A stretch of 64,000 bases of DNA from Rebecca billardiae RCC1528 (lineage: Eukaryota; Protista; Haptophyta). Within the stretch, counting starts at the first letter, position 1. The number at the start of each line of letters is the position of its first letter. The stretch covers positions 744,001 through 808,000 of the forward strand of contig OZ251247.1 of the NCBI GenBank assembly GCA_965240325.2, written 5' to 3'. The notes below the pieces were generated by a model. It did not search any database. It was not told the origin of the DNA and saw only the letters and a list, made by a program, of their open reading frames with translations. A program made the translations under genes and the position numbers. Shown in pieces: positions 10,762-23,600 of the stretch.

Positions 10762-12360
10762 TAGGGGGTCCAAGCCAACAGCCCACTGATGTGTGCGCTG
10801 ATATTTGACAACCATGCCATGTAGGCGTCTGATGAGCGTGACGCTTGCGGAGTCATCCTCAAATATGCCGTCCCAGAGCTCAGCCCAGCCGTCAGAAGCA
10901 TCGTCACTAAAACCGATGACTCCGCGTGTCGTCGCGCGGTCGTGCGCGCGCGCAGCAGCGGCGCCCGCTGTGTCACATAGAGATTCAGCCGAATGTTACC
11001 TACTTGTCATGGTAGCTAGATAACGATACGCGGTCGGACTTACTTATTGACAAGCGCTGCCCCCTATCCGAAGGAGTTTATGGTGAAAATGCCGAAAAAG
11101 TAGTGGGGCACTATATGCTGTGCGCGTAGATGTCGTCCATGAAAAACTACTCCACTATCGAGCACATTACCCATTTACTGATAAGAGTTTACCCATCACA
11201 CATAAGAGCCGGTTTACCCACTTTCTACCAAATGCGGTTACCTTTGTAACACGCGTGCATGTGCGTATACACGGGTACCTTGGTCACTATACTTATTGCT
11301 GTGTCAGCATCCGAATATATATACGGACGAATACGGCGGCGCCGAGACGGCTCATGCCGCAGTGGACTCACATCAGTGAGCGCCGGCCCGCGAACGCGGG
11401 CCTGACGCCGGTGGTGGGCTGCACGTGCTGCGGCACACAACCAACTCCACCGCTGAACATGCCACCATCCCCGTATATGAGAGTCCTCTCCGCCGTCGAG
11501 GCTGGCGTGCGCAGACTAGCTCGCCATGTAGTGCTGCCTTCCTTGCCCGTACTCAGGTGTCACCGGCACCGTCGCCGTTCGTCGTACCCCAGCCCACGCG
11601 AGGCCGCCACCGGTCCACCTCTGCTGCGGCCACAGCGCTTGCAGTCGAGGCTGCTCCAGCTTACCTCTGACTCGGCGAGCTGCTCGGTGGCGAGCGTTGA
11701 GCTCTCTGCCTCCGCTGCCGCGCCCAGCGCGCACGCCTGCACCAAGCACCATGCAGTCCGCACGCTGCTCCAAGACGGCCGCCAACAGTGGCGCAGGCAC
11801 TCCCGAGACGAAGACACGGTGTGCAGATGTGGCAGCGGCCATATCTGAGCTTGGTGGCGCGCGTCTGCTCCACAGCAAGCTTGACGTTCGTGACAAACAA
11901 GATGCACGCACTTCGCCTCAGCGCAGCTCACGGCTGCTGCATGTAGCCAAGCGGCACGCCAAGTGGCACAACAAACAAGCCGACGCGTGCCGGCTGGAGC
12001 TTCTGGCGGTACTACTGTGTGCTGGAAGACCGGCCCCGCCCGTACACAGGGTCGCCGAGCGTGCTTACCACCCACGACTGCCGCGCACTCCCGTTTGCGC
12101 ACGAGCGGCCAGCGATCGCGCGAGTGCATGCGCAGCGCGTGGGGAGGTGAGCACTGCAGAGCACTGCACGCACCCGGCCGAGCGCCGGCGGGTGACTCAT
12201 TCTCATCATGGACTCATGGAACCAGTATAAGGAACCAGGGCGCAGCGTGCACGGTTCACCTGAAACCGGGTGTGCGTTGTCCGCGGTCATCCGGATGAGA
12301 GTTCAAACGGCGCGCAGAGCGGGGCTGTGAGATTCAAGATGTCCGGTGAGAGCGAGCTGC
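10762..12360. mobile_element. Old, diverged relative of the 27554-29504 element (right end uncertain)
   Basis: Collinear shared words with 27554-29280: TAGGGGGTCC/TAGGTGGGTCC start, ACTCCGCGTG, GTGTCACATAGAGATT, ACTTATTG, TATGCTGTGCGCG, repeated TTACCC, CTCCGCCGTCGAGGCTGG, GAGGCCGCCACC, GAGAGT(T)CAAAC. Confidence 0.7.
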
Positions 12361-13277
12361 CAGCGATCATTCGGTCGGCCGCTGCCATGTTGGCCACCCT
12401 GACTTGCCCGCCCGCGCGCCCCTGATGACGCCAGAGCGCGCTCCGCCGCGCCGACGCGACGATGAAGTCCACCGCCCAGGCGTGCTGCTCGCCCGATCTC
12501 GCTCGGGCTCGACCTGCTCTGAACGGCCGCGCCGTGCTGATGCGTGTGCCGCAATTCGCGATGAGGCAACAATGATTGTTCGGAAATCGGTCGTCATCAG
12601 CAGTCGATTTTCGGTCACTGCTACTGCAATAGTCTAGTTCAGGGGAAAAGTCCGGGAGCCGCCAACACCGTCGGTGTTGGTTCGCTGGGCATGGCTGCCC
12701 TTGTGGTGCGCGGTTGGCGACGAACATATGCCGAGCACGGCGCCAAGACAGCCCGCGCACAGCAGTAGAGACGGGCTAGTGGCGTCGTACGGCCCCAGCG
12801 CGGGCCTGCACTCACCCGCCGCAACTGGATTCCTGCACTCACCGGTCACCGAGGAGTGCAGGAATCGCGTTCCTCGCGCACGTGGGGGCCGCCATCGGCC
12901 GTGAGAGGTACATCCAACGGGGCGTGACACCGATTCCCACTGGCGGGCAGGGGTTTGTCGCCGTGACATAGGAAATGGAATCTGGTATAAATAAAACAGG
13001 CCAGCGAATGACGTGCCATCACTACTCCGGACTAGCTCCGGCGCCCGCACCAGCGGGCAAGCCGCCATTGTTCCGCGTTTTGGCGAATGTCGCCTTTGCC
13101 TTTGGCTTTGGGCTCTCGTATAGAAATAAAACAGGCCGCGACTACGACGACAACAATCATCAATAAACAAACCAGGCGCGCCACATCACCAGCGCAGCAT
13201 ACACGCGCGCGTGAGCAGCACCATCGATGTCATCAGCATATATCATCCTCGTCATCGCATCATATACCGTCACATCA

Positions 13278-14635
13278 TCAGCCGCCGCCATCGTCGTTCC
13301 CGTTGTCGCCGTCCGCGGATGACTCGGTGGCGGTCGTGCCGCTCGAGCTGGCCGCGTCGCCGTCGTCGTCGGATGACGAGTCGGAATCGTCGTCATCGTC
13401 GTCGTCGTCGTCGTCGGAGCTGTCGCCGTCCACGACGTCGTCGGAGGTCGTCGTCTCGTCGGTAGTGGCCTCCTCCTCCTCCTCCTCCTCCTCCTCCTCC
13501 TCCTCCTCCTCCTCCTCCTCCTCCTCCTCCGCGCTCGAGCTCGCGTCGATTGAAGAGCCGTCGCCTCGCTCCGCCGCCGCACCCGCACCCGCCAGCGGCC
13601 GGTCCAACGCCGCAGCCGACGCGTGCGCGCCGGCCGCCTCCAACGCGCCGGCAGCCTGCGCACCGTCCGCCGCGCCACCCGCCGCGGGCCGGCGGTCCGC
13701 GCCGAGCAGCGAGCTGCCGCCGCCGCCGCCGCCGCCGCCCTCGCGCGGAGCGTCGGCGGCGGTGGCGGCGCGCGCGGGCGGCGCGCGCGCAGGCGGCGGC
13801 AGGGGCGCGAGGTCCGGGCTGCGCGCGAGCGGGCTGCCGCGCGCCACCGGCGGCGAGGCGGAGGTCGAGGCAGCGGCGCCGGCGGCGGCGCCGGCGGCGG
13901 AGGGCTTGCGCCGCGCCGGCGGCGGCTGCGCGTGGCCCCGCGCGCGCTCGGCGCCGCCGCGCGCGCGCTCGGCGCCGCCGCCGCCCTCCGCCTCCGCCGC
14001 GGCGGCGCGCGCGGCGCGCTCGGCCTTGGCGTCGGCGGCGGCGACGGCGTCGTCGTACGCGCGCAGCCAGCGCTCGATCGCGCGCAGCGCGCTCCGCGCC
14101 GACGGCCGCCGCTCCGGGCTCGGCGCCGCCAGCCAGCGCACCAGCGCCGCCACGTGCGAGTGAACACCTGCCGGGAGATCGCCGCGGCGCGCGTCGGAAA
14201 GAGTCGAAATTCGTTCCATTTGGGTTCCGAACGGCGCGGCGTAGAGCTCGAGCGCGACGAGCCCCGTCGCGAACACGTCGACGGCGAAGTCGTACGGCCG
14301 CCCCGCCACGATCTCCGACGCCATGTACAGCGACGTGCCCACGCCGCCGGTGTGCTGCATCTCGATCTCGCGCGCGCGAGATTGCGCGGCCGCGGCGGCG
14401 AGCGCGGCCGCGTGCGCGCGCGTGCCGGGTGGGTGTGGTGACGAGTGGTGGCGGGAGAGGAGGGGCGGCGAGGCGCCGGGCGGCGCGCTCAGCGCGCTCA
14501 GCGGGGACAGCGGGCCCGCCGCGCCGCGCCCCTGCTCGCCAGGCGGCCCGCCGACGCCGCCGCTCTGCTCGCCGCCGCCATCGCCGCCGCCGTCCGCCGC
14601 AGCGTGCGCGTGCGCGTGCGCGTGCGCCGCCGCCG

Positions 14636-14676
<41 letters not shown>

Positions 14677-14801
14677 GGGCCGACGAGCGCGGCCTCGGCG
14701 AGCTTCGAGAGCCCAAAGTCGCCGATCTTGAACACGCGGCGCACGTGCAGCGGGTGGAACCCGCGCCGCGCGAACCGCCCCCCCGCGCCGCCGCCGCGCG
14801 A

Positions 14802-14842
<41 letters not shown>

Positions 14843-15513
14843 TGGCGCGTCGGTTACGCCACGGCAGCCCGCCGCCGCCCGCGGCCGTTACGGACGGCGA
14901 CTCGGCGGGCGCGAGGGAGAAGAAGATGTTTGCGGGCTTGAGGTCGCTGCGCGGTGTGTGTTCGGGGTAGGGTTGGGGGATAGGGTTAGGGCTAGGGGGA
15001 GGCGGTCAGGGCCCCCCACGGCCGCGCACGGCCGCGCGCCCTCGTCCGCCGCGCGCGCGGCCGCCGCCGCGCCATGCGCTTTCGGACCGCCCAGCCTGGC
15101 AGCTGCGCAGGGGCGCGCACCGGTGCAGCAGCCCGGAGGCGTGGATGTGGTCGAGACCGCACAGCACCTGCCGAACCACGTCGAGCTGCTCCGCCACGTG
15201 CTCCAGCTCGGCCAGCTCCTCGTCCGGACCGAGCCCATCCGGACTGAGCGCGGCCAAGCCACCGGCCGCGTCCGCGCCGCCGCCCCCGCCGCCGGCCGGC
15301 GCCGCCGCCTCGGCAGCGGGCGCGGCGGCGCGCGCCGCCGGCCGCGGGCGCGGCTGGCGCTCAGCGAGGAGTTGGGTGAGGGTGCCTGAGCAGAGCTGCA
15401 TCTGGATGTTGAGGACGAGCGCGCGCTCGGCGGGCGGCGGCGGGCCAGCGCTGCTCCCGCCCCACGCGGACGACGACGCACTGTCCGCCGCGCGCGCCCA
15501 TCGCGCCGCGCGC

Positions 15514-15553
<40 letters not shown>

Positions 15554-16247
15554 GCGCCGAGCCGCCGGCCGCAGACGAGCGCCAGCCGACGCCGAGGCCG
15601 CTCAGGCCGCCGGCGAGCAGCCCGACGCCGCCGAGTCCTGAGAAGCCGCTGCCGAGCCCGGCGCCGCCGAGGCCGCTCAGTCCGGCGCCGAGTCCGGTGC
15701 TATTCGCCCCGGACTCTCCGCCGAGTCCGGTGCCGGTCGTCCCGGACTCCCCGAGACTCCCCAGCTCCCCTCCGGACGAGCCGGCGGCGTCGAGCAGCTG
15801 CCGCAGCTCGGCGGCCTCGAGGCGCTCGAGCCACGAGTTGGCGTAGTGCACGATGTGCGGGTGCGCCTCGAGCGCCGCCACCGCGCGCACCTGCACGCGC
15901 ACACACACGCGCACACACACACACGCACACACACACGCACGCGCGCACACATGCACGCACACACACACGCACCGCACCCAGTGGCACACGGCGGCGGGGG
16001 GCAGCGGCGCGGTGGCGCGGCGGCGAGGGGCGGGGCCGGGCGCGTGAGCGCGCGAGATCGCAATCTCGGCGCGAGATTGTAATCTGGGCACGGCGCGCTC
16101 GCGCGGCGAGATTGCAATCTCGCGGCGGCGCGCACCTCGCGCAGCGCGCGGCGCAGCGTCTCGCCCTCGCCGCCCTCGTCCGCATGGGCGCCGTCAGCAT
16201 GGCCGCCGCCGCGCCGCCTGCCGCCGCCACGCGCGCCCGCGCCACGC

Positions 16248-16288
<41 letters not shown>

Positions 16289-17069
16289 TCCCGCCGGCGG
16301 CTCCGCGGACGGCAGCCGCTTGATCGGCACGCGCTTGATGGCGTACTCGCGCCCGTCGAGCAGGTGGCGCACGCGGAAGACGGTGCCGTACGCACCCGAG
16401 CCCAGCCGGCCTGCGCGCGTGCGCGCGCGCGCGCGCGCGTGCGTGCGGGGCGCGCGCGGCGCGCGGGGGCGGCGGCCATGCTGGCGGCGTGAGCCTTTGC
16501 TGGCGCGCGCGCGGCGCAGGGGGCAACGCGGCGGCGCGGCGGCGCGGTGCGGTGCGGTGCGGGTGCAGTGCTGGTGCACACACACACACACGCACGCACG
16601 CACGCACGCACACGCACGCCCACAGGGTTAGGGTAGGGTTAGGGTCAGGGTAGGGTTAGGCGTAGGGTTAGGGTTAGGGTAGGGTTAGGCGTAGGGTCAG
16701 GGTACGTACCCGCCTCTTCAAACTCGGCAGCGTACCGCCCCTGCGACAGTACGGACCCGAGCGGACGCGCGGGCTCCGCGGGCGACGCGTCCGCCGCGGC
16801 AGCCGGGGGCGCGCCACCCGCGCCGCCGCCCGACGACGCGGCGGCGCCGCCGCCCGCCTCCGCCGGCACCGCCGCCGGCGGCGCGGGCGCGGACAGCGGC
16901 GACGACGGCGGCGGCGTCGGCGACTGCGCGGCGGCGGCCGGAGCGTCGCCGGGGGATGAGGGCTCCGCCGCGTCGGCGAGCCGGGCGCTGCGCGTGCGGC
17001 GGCGGCGGCGGCGCGCCGCGCCGCTTCCGCCGCTGCCGCCGCTGCTGCCGCTGCCCCCGCCGCTCGTCT

Positions 17070-17114
<45 letters not shown>

Positions 17115-18139
17115 GCCGCAGCAGCCGCTCGCGCGCGCGCGGCGAGCCGCGCGCGCTCCGGCCCGCGGGCTCGAAGAACGCCGACGGCGGCGGCAGCGCG
17201 CAGCGCTCGGTCGGGAGCGCGCCCGCCGCGCCGCCGCCGCGCGCCGGCCCGCGCGCCGCCGCGGGCAGCTGCCACGGCGGCGCGGCGGCGAGGCCGTCGG
17301 CGGCGCCGGCGTCGGCGGCGTCGGCGTCGGCGTCGGCGGCGGTTACGCCGACGGTTACGCCGCGCGAGCCTGCGGCGCCGCCGGCGAGCAGCAGCAGCCG
17401 CGCGCTCGCGAGCCAGCCCGGACGGCGCCCCGCGTGCCCGCCCGCGCGGCGCCACCGGCGCAGCAGGCAAAAAACCGTTACGCCCGCGCCGGCGGCGGCG
17501 GCGGCGATCAGCGCGAGCACGAGCGTAACCGCCGAGTAACGGCCGGCGTAACGGCCGTGTAACGGCTCGAGCAGCGCGGGCACGGGCGGCAGCGGGTCGC
17601 CGTACGCGCCCCAGCCCGCCGCCGCCGCCTCGAGCGCGCCCCACTCCGCCACGCCGTACCCGTCCGCGTAACGGTCGGCGTAACGGCCGTCCAGCAGCCC
17701 GAGCTCGGCGGCGGCGCCGCCGCCGCCGCCGCCGTCCGCGCCGCCGCCGAGCGCGTCGTAACCGTCGGCGTAACCGCCGCCGCCGCCCGAGTAGAGGCGG
17801 CCGAGTAGCTCGAGCACGTCGTTCACGCCCTCGTCGTACAGCCGCATGTACCCAAAGTCCGGGTAGTCCGGGTGGCCGCCGTCGGGCGGCGCGCCGCCCG
17901 AGCCGCCGTCGTCGCCGCCGCCGCCGAGCGCCGCCGCGCCCGCGCCCGCGGCGGCGGTGTGCTCGAGCCCGGACAGTCCGGACAGTCCGGACAGTCCGGA
18001 CAGTCCGGACCGCCCGGACTCGGCGCCGAGGCCGGAGATGAGCGACTCCAGGCCGGCAGGTAGCGGCCGCGCGCCACCAGCGCCACCCTCGCCCTCGCCA
18101 CCGCCCTCACCGCCGCCCTCACCGCCGCCCTCGCCACTT

Positions 18140-18182
<43 letters not shown>

Positions 18183-18403
18183 TCCCGCCGCCGAGCAGCG
18201 CGGTGCGCGCGCGCTCCGCCCAGCGCGCGGGCGACGGCAGCAGTCCGCGCACGACCGGCGGCGGCTGCGCCCCACGCGGCCCCCGCCACGTGCGCCGCCC
18301 CCCGCCCCCGCCGCCCGCGCCGGAGCCGGCCGCGGCCGAGCCGGGTAAGTTGGGTAACGCGGGGACGCGCCCGCCGCCGCCGCCGCCGCCGCCACCGCCG
18401 ATT

Positions 18404-18436
<33 letters not shown>

Positions 18437-19000
18437 AGCCGCAGCTGCTGCTGCTGCCGATGCAGCCGCGCGAGCTGCTGCCGCCGGCGGCGGCGGTGCA
18501 TCGCGCGCAGCGCGCGCAGCGCGCGCACCTCCGACGCGTCCTGCTCGACCGTCGGCGCGTCGAGCGACGCGCCGAGCTCGAGCGGCGCCTCGTCCGCGGG
18601 TAATCCGGGTGAGCCGGGTAATCCGGGTAAGCCGGGTGATCTGGTTAGCGCGTGCGCCGGTCGCGGCGCCGCGCCCGGCGGCGGCGGCTGCGCCGCGCCG
18701 CCGGGCGCGGCGGCGAGCGAGGCGGCGTGCGCGGCGTGCGCGCCGGCGAGCTGCGACCACACGCCCTGCGCGCTGCCAAGCGGCGCGACCGCCGTCGCCG
18801 CCGCCGCCTCAGCCGCGGCGGCGGCCGCGGCCGCGTCGGCGCCGCCGCCACCGCCGCCGCCGCCACCGCCGCCGAGCGAGCCGGCAAGCGCAGGCTGCCA
18901 CGCGGGCTGCCAGCCCTGCGCCGCGTCACCCAGCGCCGAGCGCGCCGCAGCCGACGCGAACGCGTACGCCGTCGCCGCCGCCGGCGTGTGCAGCCCGGCC

Positions 19001-19039
<39 letters not shown>

Positions 19040-19040
19040 A

Positions 19041-19085
<45 letters not shown>

Positions 19086-20080
19086 TCGCCAGCGGGTCGG
19101 GTGGTGCGTCGAGCGCGTGCGCGGCGAAGGGGCGGGCGCCCTCCCCCCAGCCGCCGAGCGCCCCGCCGCCGGCGTAACCGTCGCCCCCGCCATAACCGCC
19201 GGCGTAACCGTCGCCGCCGGCGTAACCGCCGGCGCCGCCGCGCTGGCCGCCGCTACGCACCGCCGCGGCGACGAGGGCGGTGCCGGCGCCCGCGCGGCGC
19301 GGCGCGAGCTCGGCGGCGTCAGGGCCCGGTGCGCCGGCACGCGCCCGCGCCCCACGAGGCGGGCCCCACGCCTCGGCCGCCGCGCCCCCGCCCTCGCCGC
19401 CCTCCGCCTCCGCCTCGCCGCCGCGGCCGGCGGCGGCGCCGGCCGCCGCCGCCGCTTCGCCGGCGCCGCCGCGCCGCGCGCGCGCGCGGTAAGCGCTTGC
19501 GGTGGGCGGCGGCAGGAGCACGGGGCCGCCATCGTGGCTCACCACGACGGGCATGGCGGGCAGCACGCGCGCCGCCGCCGCCGCCGCGCCGCCGCCGTGC
19601 GGCAGCGCGAGCTCGGCGCCGTCGCGCGAAGAGCGCCCGCCGCCATCGTGCGGCCGCCCGGCCCGGCGCCGGCGGCCGCTGCTCGCCTCCGGCGCCGAAA
19701 AGTCCGGGAGCCCGGCCGCGCCCGGACTCGCCGCCGCCTCCAGGTCCGGGCTGAGCTGCGTGAGCGTGTTCGTGCTCGGCGCGTACTCGTACAGCAGGCA
19801 CGGCGGCGTCTCGAAGTGGAGCTCCCACACGCACGCGCCCGGACCGCCCGGACCGCCGCCGCCGCCGCCGTCGTCGTCATCCGCGCCGCCGCCGCCGCCG
19901 CCGTCCGCGCCGCCGCCGGCCCCGCCCTGAACGTTCCGCGAAAGTTCCGACGGCAGGGCACAGAGCGCGCCGGTGGGCGAGATGGAGAGCCGCTCGGCCA
20001 CGCGGCCCGGCAGCCCGTCCGGACTTTCGCCCGGACCCGCGCCACCCCCGAGCTGCACGTCCGGACCGTCGCCGCCGACT

Positions 20081-20117
<37 letters not shown>

Positions 20118-21722
20118 GGTCGGCGCGCGGGCGCGCGCGCCGGTCGGCGCCCGGCACCGCGCCGGCGCGCCGCTCGGCGGGCAGCGGCGGCATGGGCTGG
20201 AGCGTGACCGTCGCCACCGACGCGTTCCACAGCAGCCGCCCGGACAGGTCGTCGAGCACCTGCCGGCGAGCGGGGTTCGGATGATTTGTTTTTTTCCGCG
20301 CGCAGGATGGAGTCATTATTCCGAAATTCGGAATAAATCATATCGAAGCAGCATGGCGTCGCGTCACGACGGGGAGCAGAGGCGGGTGGCCGGGTGCGCC
20401 GCGCGGCGGGCACGGGGCGACGGGGGCGGGGCGGCGGTGAGCGCGGCACGCACGCTGGCGCGGCGGCGCGCACGGCGGCCGCACAGCACCGCACGGGGCT
20501 GGGTGACGGCCCCGGGCCGGGGCCGCGGCACCGGGGCGAATAAAAAAAGCCAGAAAAACACCACGCGCCTCCAAAAAGAAAAGAAAAGAAAAGAAAAGAA
20601 AAGGCGGCAGCCAGCCGGGCGGCGCACCTTAATGGCAAACTCGGAGCGCTCAAGGAGGAGCGGGTGCTGCCGGCGCGGCGGGGCGCACGCGCCGGTCTCG
20701 CCAGCGCCGGCGCCAGCCGCGGCGCCACCCTCCGCGCCCACCGCCGCCTCCGCCGCCTCTGCCTCGCAGGCACCGGACTGCACGTCGCCCCAGCCGCCGC
20801 CGCCGCCATCGCCGCCGCCGCCGTCCGCGTCCGCGCCGCCGTCCGCGCCGCCGTCCGCGCCGCGCGTGGCGGTGTGAAAAAAGCGCGGCTCGCCGCTGAG
20901 CGCGTCGAGCGAGTAGACGGAGGACTCGCTGCGCCGGTCGGGCGCACACGCGCGCGCGCGGAGGAAGGAGGCCGCCGGGGGCGCGGGGGCGGCGCGGGCG
21001 GCAGCGGCCGCGGGCGGCGGCGCCGGTGGCGGCGAGCGCGCGCGGTCAGGGGCAGCAGGCGCAGCGATGCAAGTAAGAAGTGAGTACGGGGTGCGTACAG
21101 CCCGCGCGGCGCGCCCGCGCGGCGGCGGCGCCCGCGAACACAGCACACACGCGCGGCGCACGCCGGAGTCACCGCCGCCGCACCGTGAGCCCAGGATGTA
21201 ACCGCCGCCGGAAGTCCGGCCAGCCGGGAGTCCGGAAAGTTGGCGGATTGAGTGCGGAAGCGGCTCGAGCGCGCCGCCGCGGTGGGACATGTAGAGGGAG
21301 CCGTCGAGGCCGGGCACGATGGTCATCTCCTCGGACGCGAGCGCCTCAGCGTCCTCCGCCTCGTCCGCGGCGTCGCCGTCGGCGGCGTCGGCGTCGGCGT
21401 CGGCCGCGCGGCCGCCGCGCGCCGCGCTGGCGGCGTCGGCGTCATCGCCGCCGCCGCCGCCGCCGTGCGCGGCATCGGGCAGCGCGGCGTCCGCGCCCCG
21501 CGAGCGAGATGCCTCACCCGGCTCCCCCTCTTCCGCCCCCTGCCCACGCCACCGCGCCCTCCGCCGCGGCACGCCCGGCGGCAGCGCGGGCGGCGCCCAA
21601 GACGCAACCAGCGGCCCGCCCGCGCGGAAACTCCAGAGAACGTTTCCGGTGGCGAGGGCGATGGCGGAGACGCGGCCGTCGAGCTCGCCGACGATCACGA
21701 TACGCCCGTGCTCGTCGCCCAT
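13278..21722 (-). CDS. PERK/EIF2AK3-like eIF2-alpha kinase (luminal IRE1/PERK domain, TM helix, kinase), spliced
   Basis: Frame-preserving GT-AG exons 21722-21184, 20928-20628, 20259-16710, 16410-16136, 15890-15121, 14946-13278. Luminal motifs IVIVGELDGRVSAI, IVPGLDGSLY, LLLERSEFAIKVLDDLSGRLLWNASV; TM VTLVLALIAAAAAGAGVTVFCLL; kinase RYAAEFEE, LGSGAYGTVF, YAIKRV, HPHIVHYANSWLE, LNIQMQLC, HRDLKPANIF, KIGDFGLS, HTGGVGTSLYMASE, PFGTQMER. Start codon and extra introns in exon 3 are uncertain. Confidence 0.88.
13471..13530. repeat. (TCC)n microsatellite encoding poly-Glu in the kinase tail
   Basis: Direct reading; followed in the protein by a poly-Asp tract. Confidence 0.9.
16623..16702. repeat. 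Degenerate (TTAGGG)n telomere-like tract in a kinase intron
   Basis: AGGGTTAGGGTAGGGTTAGGGTCAGGG... adjacent to the donor at 16709. Confidence 0.85.
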
Positions 21723-22006
21723 CCCCGCGCGCCGCCACGCCCCGCGCCCCACGTCGCCCCTTGCGCGTGCGCCGTGCGCGCCGTCCGAACACGCACGCGC
21801 GCTTGGGCAAGCGCAGCGGGGGCGCCCCTGCTGACCAGCCGCCTCATCCGCAGCGCAAGGTGCTGAGGTGGCAGGTCCGGGCGTGTGCACGCTGCCTGCG
21901 CCCGGACTTTGCTGTACATGCCGCCATTGCGCGAGCGTGCGCACTGGTCACTTGGCCACCGCACGCTTGCACAGCAGCTGCGGGCGGGCGCGCGCGGGGC
22001 GGCGCG

Positions 22007-23600
22007 ATGGCCGGGCAGAAGGCGCGGCTGACGAAGGAGCTGCGCATGCTCGAGACGGACCCGCCACCGGGCGTCTCCGCCTGGCCCAAGGGTGACGCCA
22101 TGACCGAGCTCGAGGCCGGTGCGCGCGCGCGCTCGCGCACGGCGCCAGCTAGCACCAGCCACCCGCCGGCGCGCGCGGCGCGCACGCGCGCGCGCCGAGG
22201 CCCGGCGCAACTGCCGCACGCGCGCGCGCGCGCGCGCACGCGGCCGGTAGTGATCGAGGGCCCCGAGGGCTCGCCGTACGAGGGCGGCCACTTCCGCCTC
22301 GACCTCGTCCTCTCAGCACGCTACCCGTTCGAGCCGCCAAAGGTGCGCCGCTCTCGGCGAGATTGCAATCTCGCGCGCCCCGAGCCGAATCTGCATGCGC
22401 GGGGCTCGGCGCGCGCGGTCGGGCGCGGCGCGCGTGCGCGTCGGCCCCGTGCGCTCGCGCCGCGCCGCCGAGGCCCGAGCCGCATCACGGCGGCATGCGC
22501 CGTGGGCCGCGCGCGCGCGCTCGGCGCGCGCGCGCCCGTGCATGCATGCGCGCCGCCGCGGCGCGCTTGCTCAATGGCGTGCGTGCCGGTGCCCGCGCGC
22601 GCGCGCGCAGGTGAGCTTCGTCACGCGCGTGTACCACCCGAACGTCGACGAGGGCGGACGCATCTGCCTCGACATCCTCAACATGCCGCCCAAGGTGCGA
22701 TCTCCCGCTTCGAGATTGCGCATCTCCCGGCGCGAGATCACACGCCCGGCCCGCGCGCACGTCGCACGCGCGCGCCGCGCGGCGCTGCCGGCCGGGTGCC
22801 ACGGGCCGCCGCGCGCGCGGCGAGCCGCGCCACGGTCGCCGCACGGGCGGTCGCTGCGGCGCAGTGGCGCCAGCTCACGCCCGGCCCCGCCCGCGCGCAC
22901 CGCTCCCACGCTTTTGCACTTACCCATATGTACCCACGTACATATGTACCGACGTGGCATGCACACACATACAGGGCGGTTGGAAGCCCTCTATCAACGT
23001 GAGCACGGTGCTCACCTCCCTGCGGCTGCTGCTGTCCGAGCCCAACGCCGACGACCCGCTCGACGACGACATCGCCTCGCAGGTGCCCCGCGCGCGCCGG
23101 CCGGCCGCGGCGCGCCGAGGGCTGCGCGCGGCGCGGCCCGCCCATTCGCCTGTGCTGACACGCCCAACCCTACACCCTAACCCCCTAACCCTAACTCCCT
23201 AACCCCAACCCCAACCCGCGCGCCCCGTGCGACGCCCCGTGCCGTCCGCCCGCCTGGCCGCGCCCGCGCACCGCGCCGCGTCGCGCCATGCCGTGCGCCC
23301 GTGTGACCGCCGCGCCCGCGCACCGCGCCGCAGCTCAAGTCGGATCCGGATGCGTTCCGTCGCGCGGCCGCGGCGCACACGCGCGCGCACGCGCGGCCAG
23401 GCGCGGCCGCGGACGCAGCCGCTGCACCGGATGCTCCGGCGGTGGCGGCGAGCGCCGGCCCGGACCTCACCGCCGCTGGCCCTCGCGCGGAGCGTCCCGG
23501 AGCGACAGCGCCGAGCGGCGACTGCGCCGGCGGCGGCGACGGCGGTGACGGCGCGGACGCTGTGGGCGGCGCGAGCAGCAAGCGCGCGCGCGTCGAGTGA
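22007..23600 (+). CDS. UBE2T: Ubiquitin-conjugating enzyme E2 T-like, spliced
   Basis: Exons 22007-22118, 22251-22342, 22611-22694, 22975-23082, 23334-23600 join in frame. [24 protein letters not shown] (catalytic Cys) and the UBE2T-type insert [33 protein letters not shown]. Confidence 0.88.
23164..23216. repeat. (CCCTAA)n telomere-like tract in UBE2T intron 4
   Basis: CCCAACCCTACACCCTAACCCCCTAACCCTAACTCCCTAACCCC. Confidence 0.8.

Noticed and set aside
12634-12680. Helitron 3' end (hairpin plus CTAG on the minus strand)
   Set aside because: Hairpin-to-CTAG spacing is long, the next base is not T, and no 5' end could be identified.
12988-13137. Direct repeat AAATAAAACAGGCC as a target-site duplication
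   Set aside because: The enclosed ~120 bp has no TIR, poly(A) tail or other element features.
16623-16702. True telomere or chromosome-fusion site
   Set aside because: Short, degenerate and contained within an intron whose flanking exons join in frame.
13278-21722. IRE1 or GCN2 identity for the kinase
   Set aside because: No KEN RNase domain and no RWD or HisRS-like domains; kinase motifs are eIF2AK-type and follow a luminal domain and TM helix.
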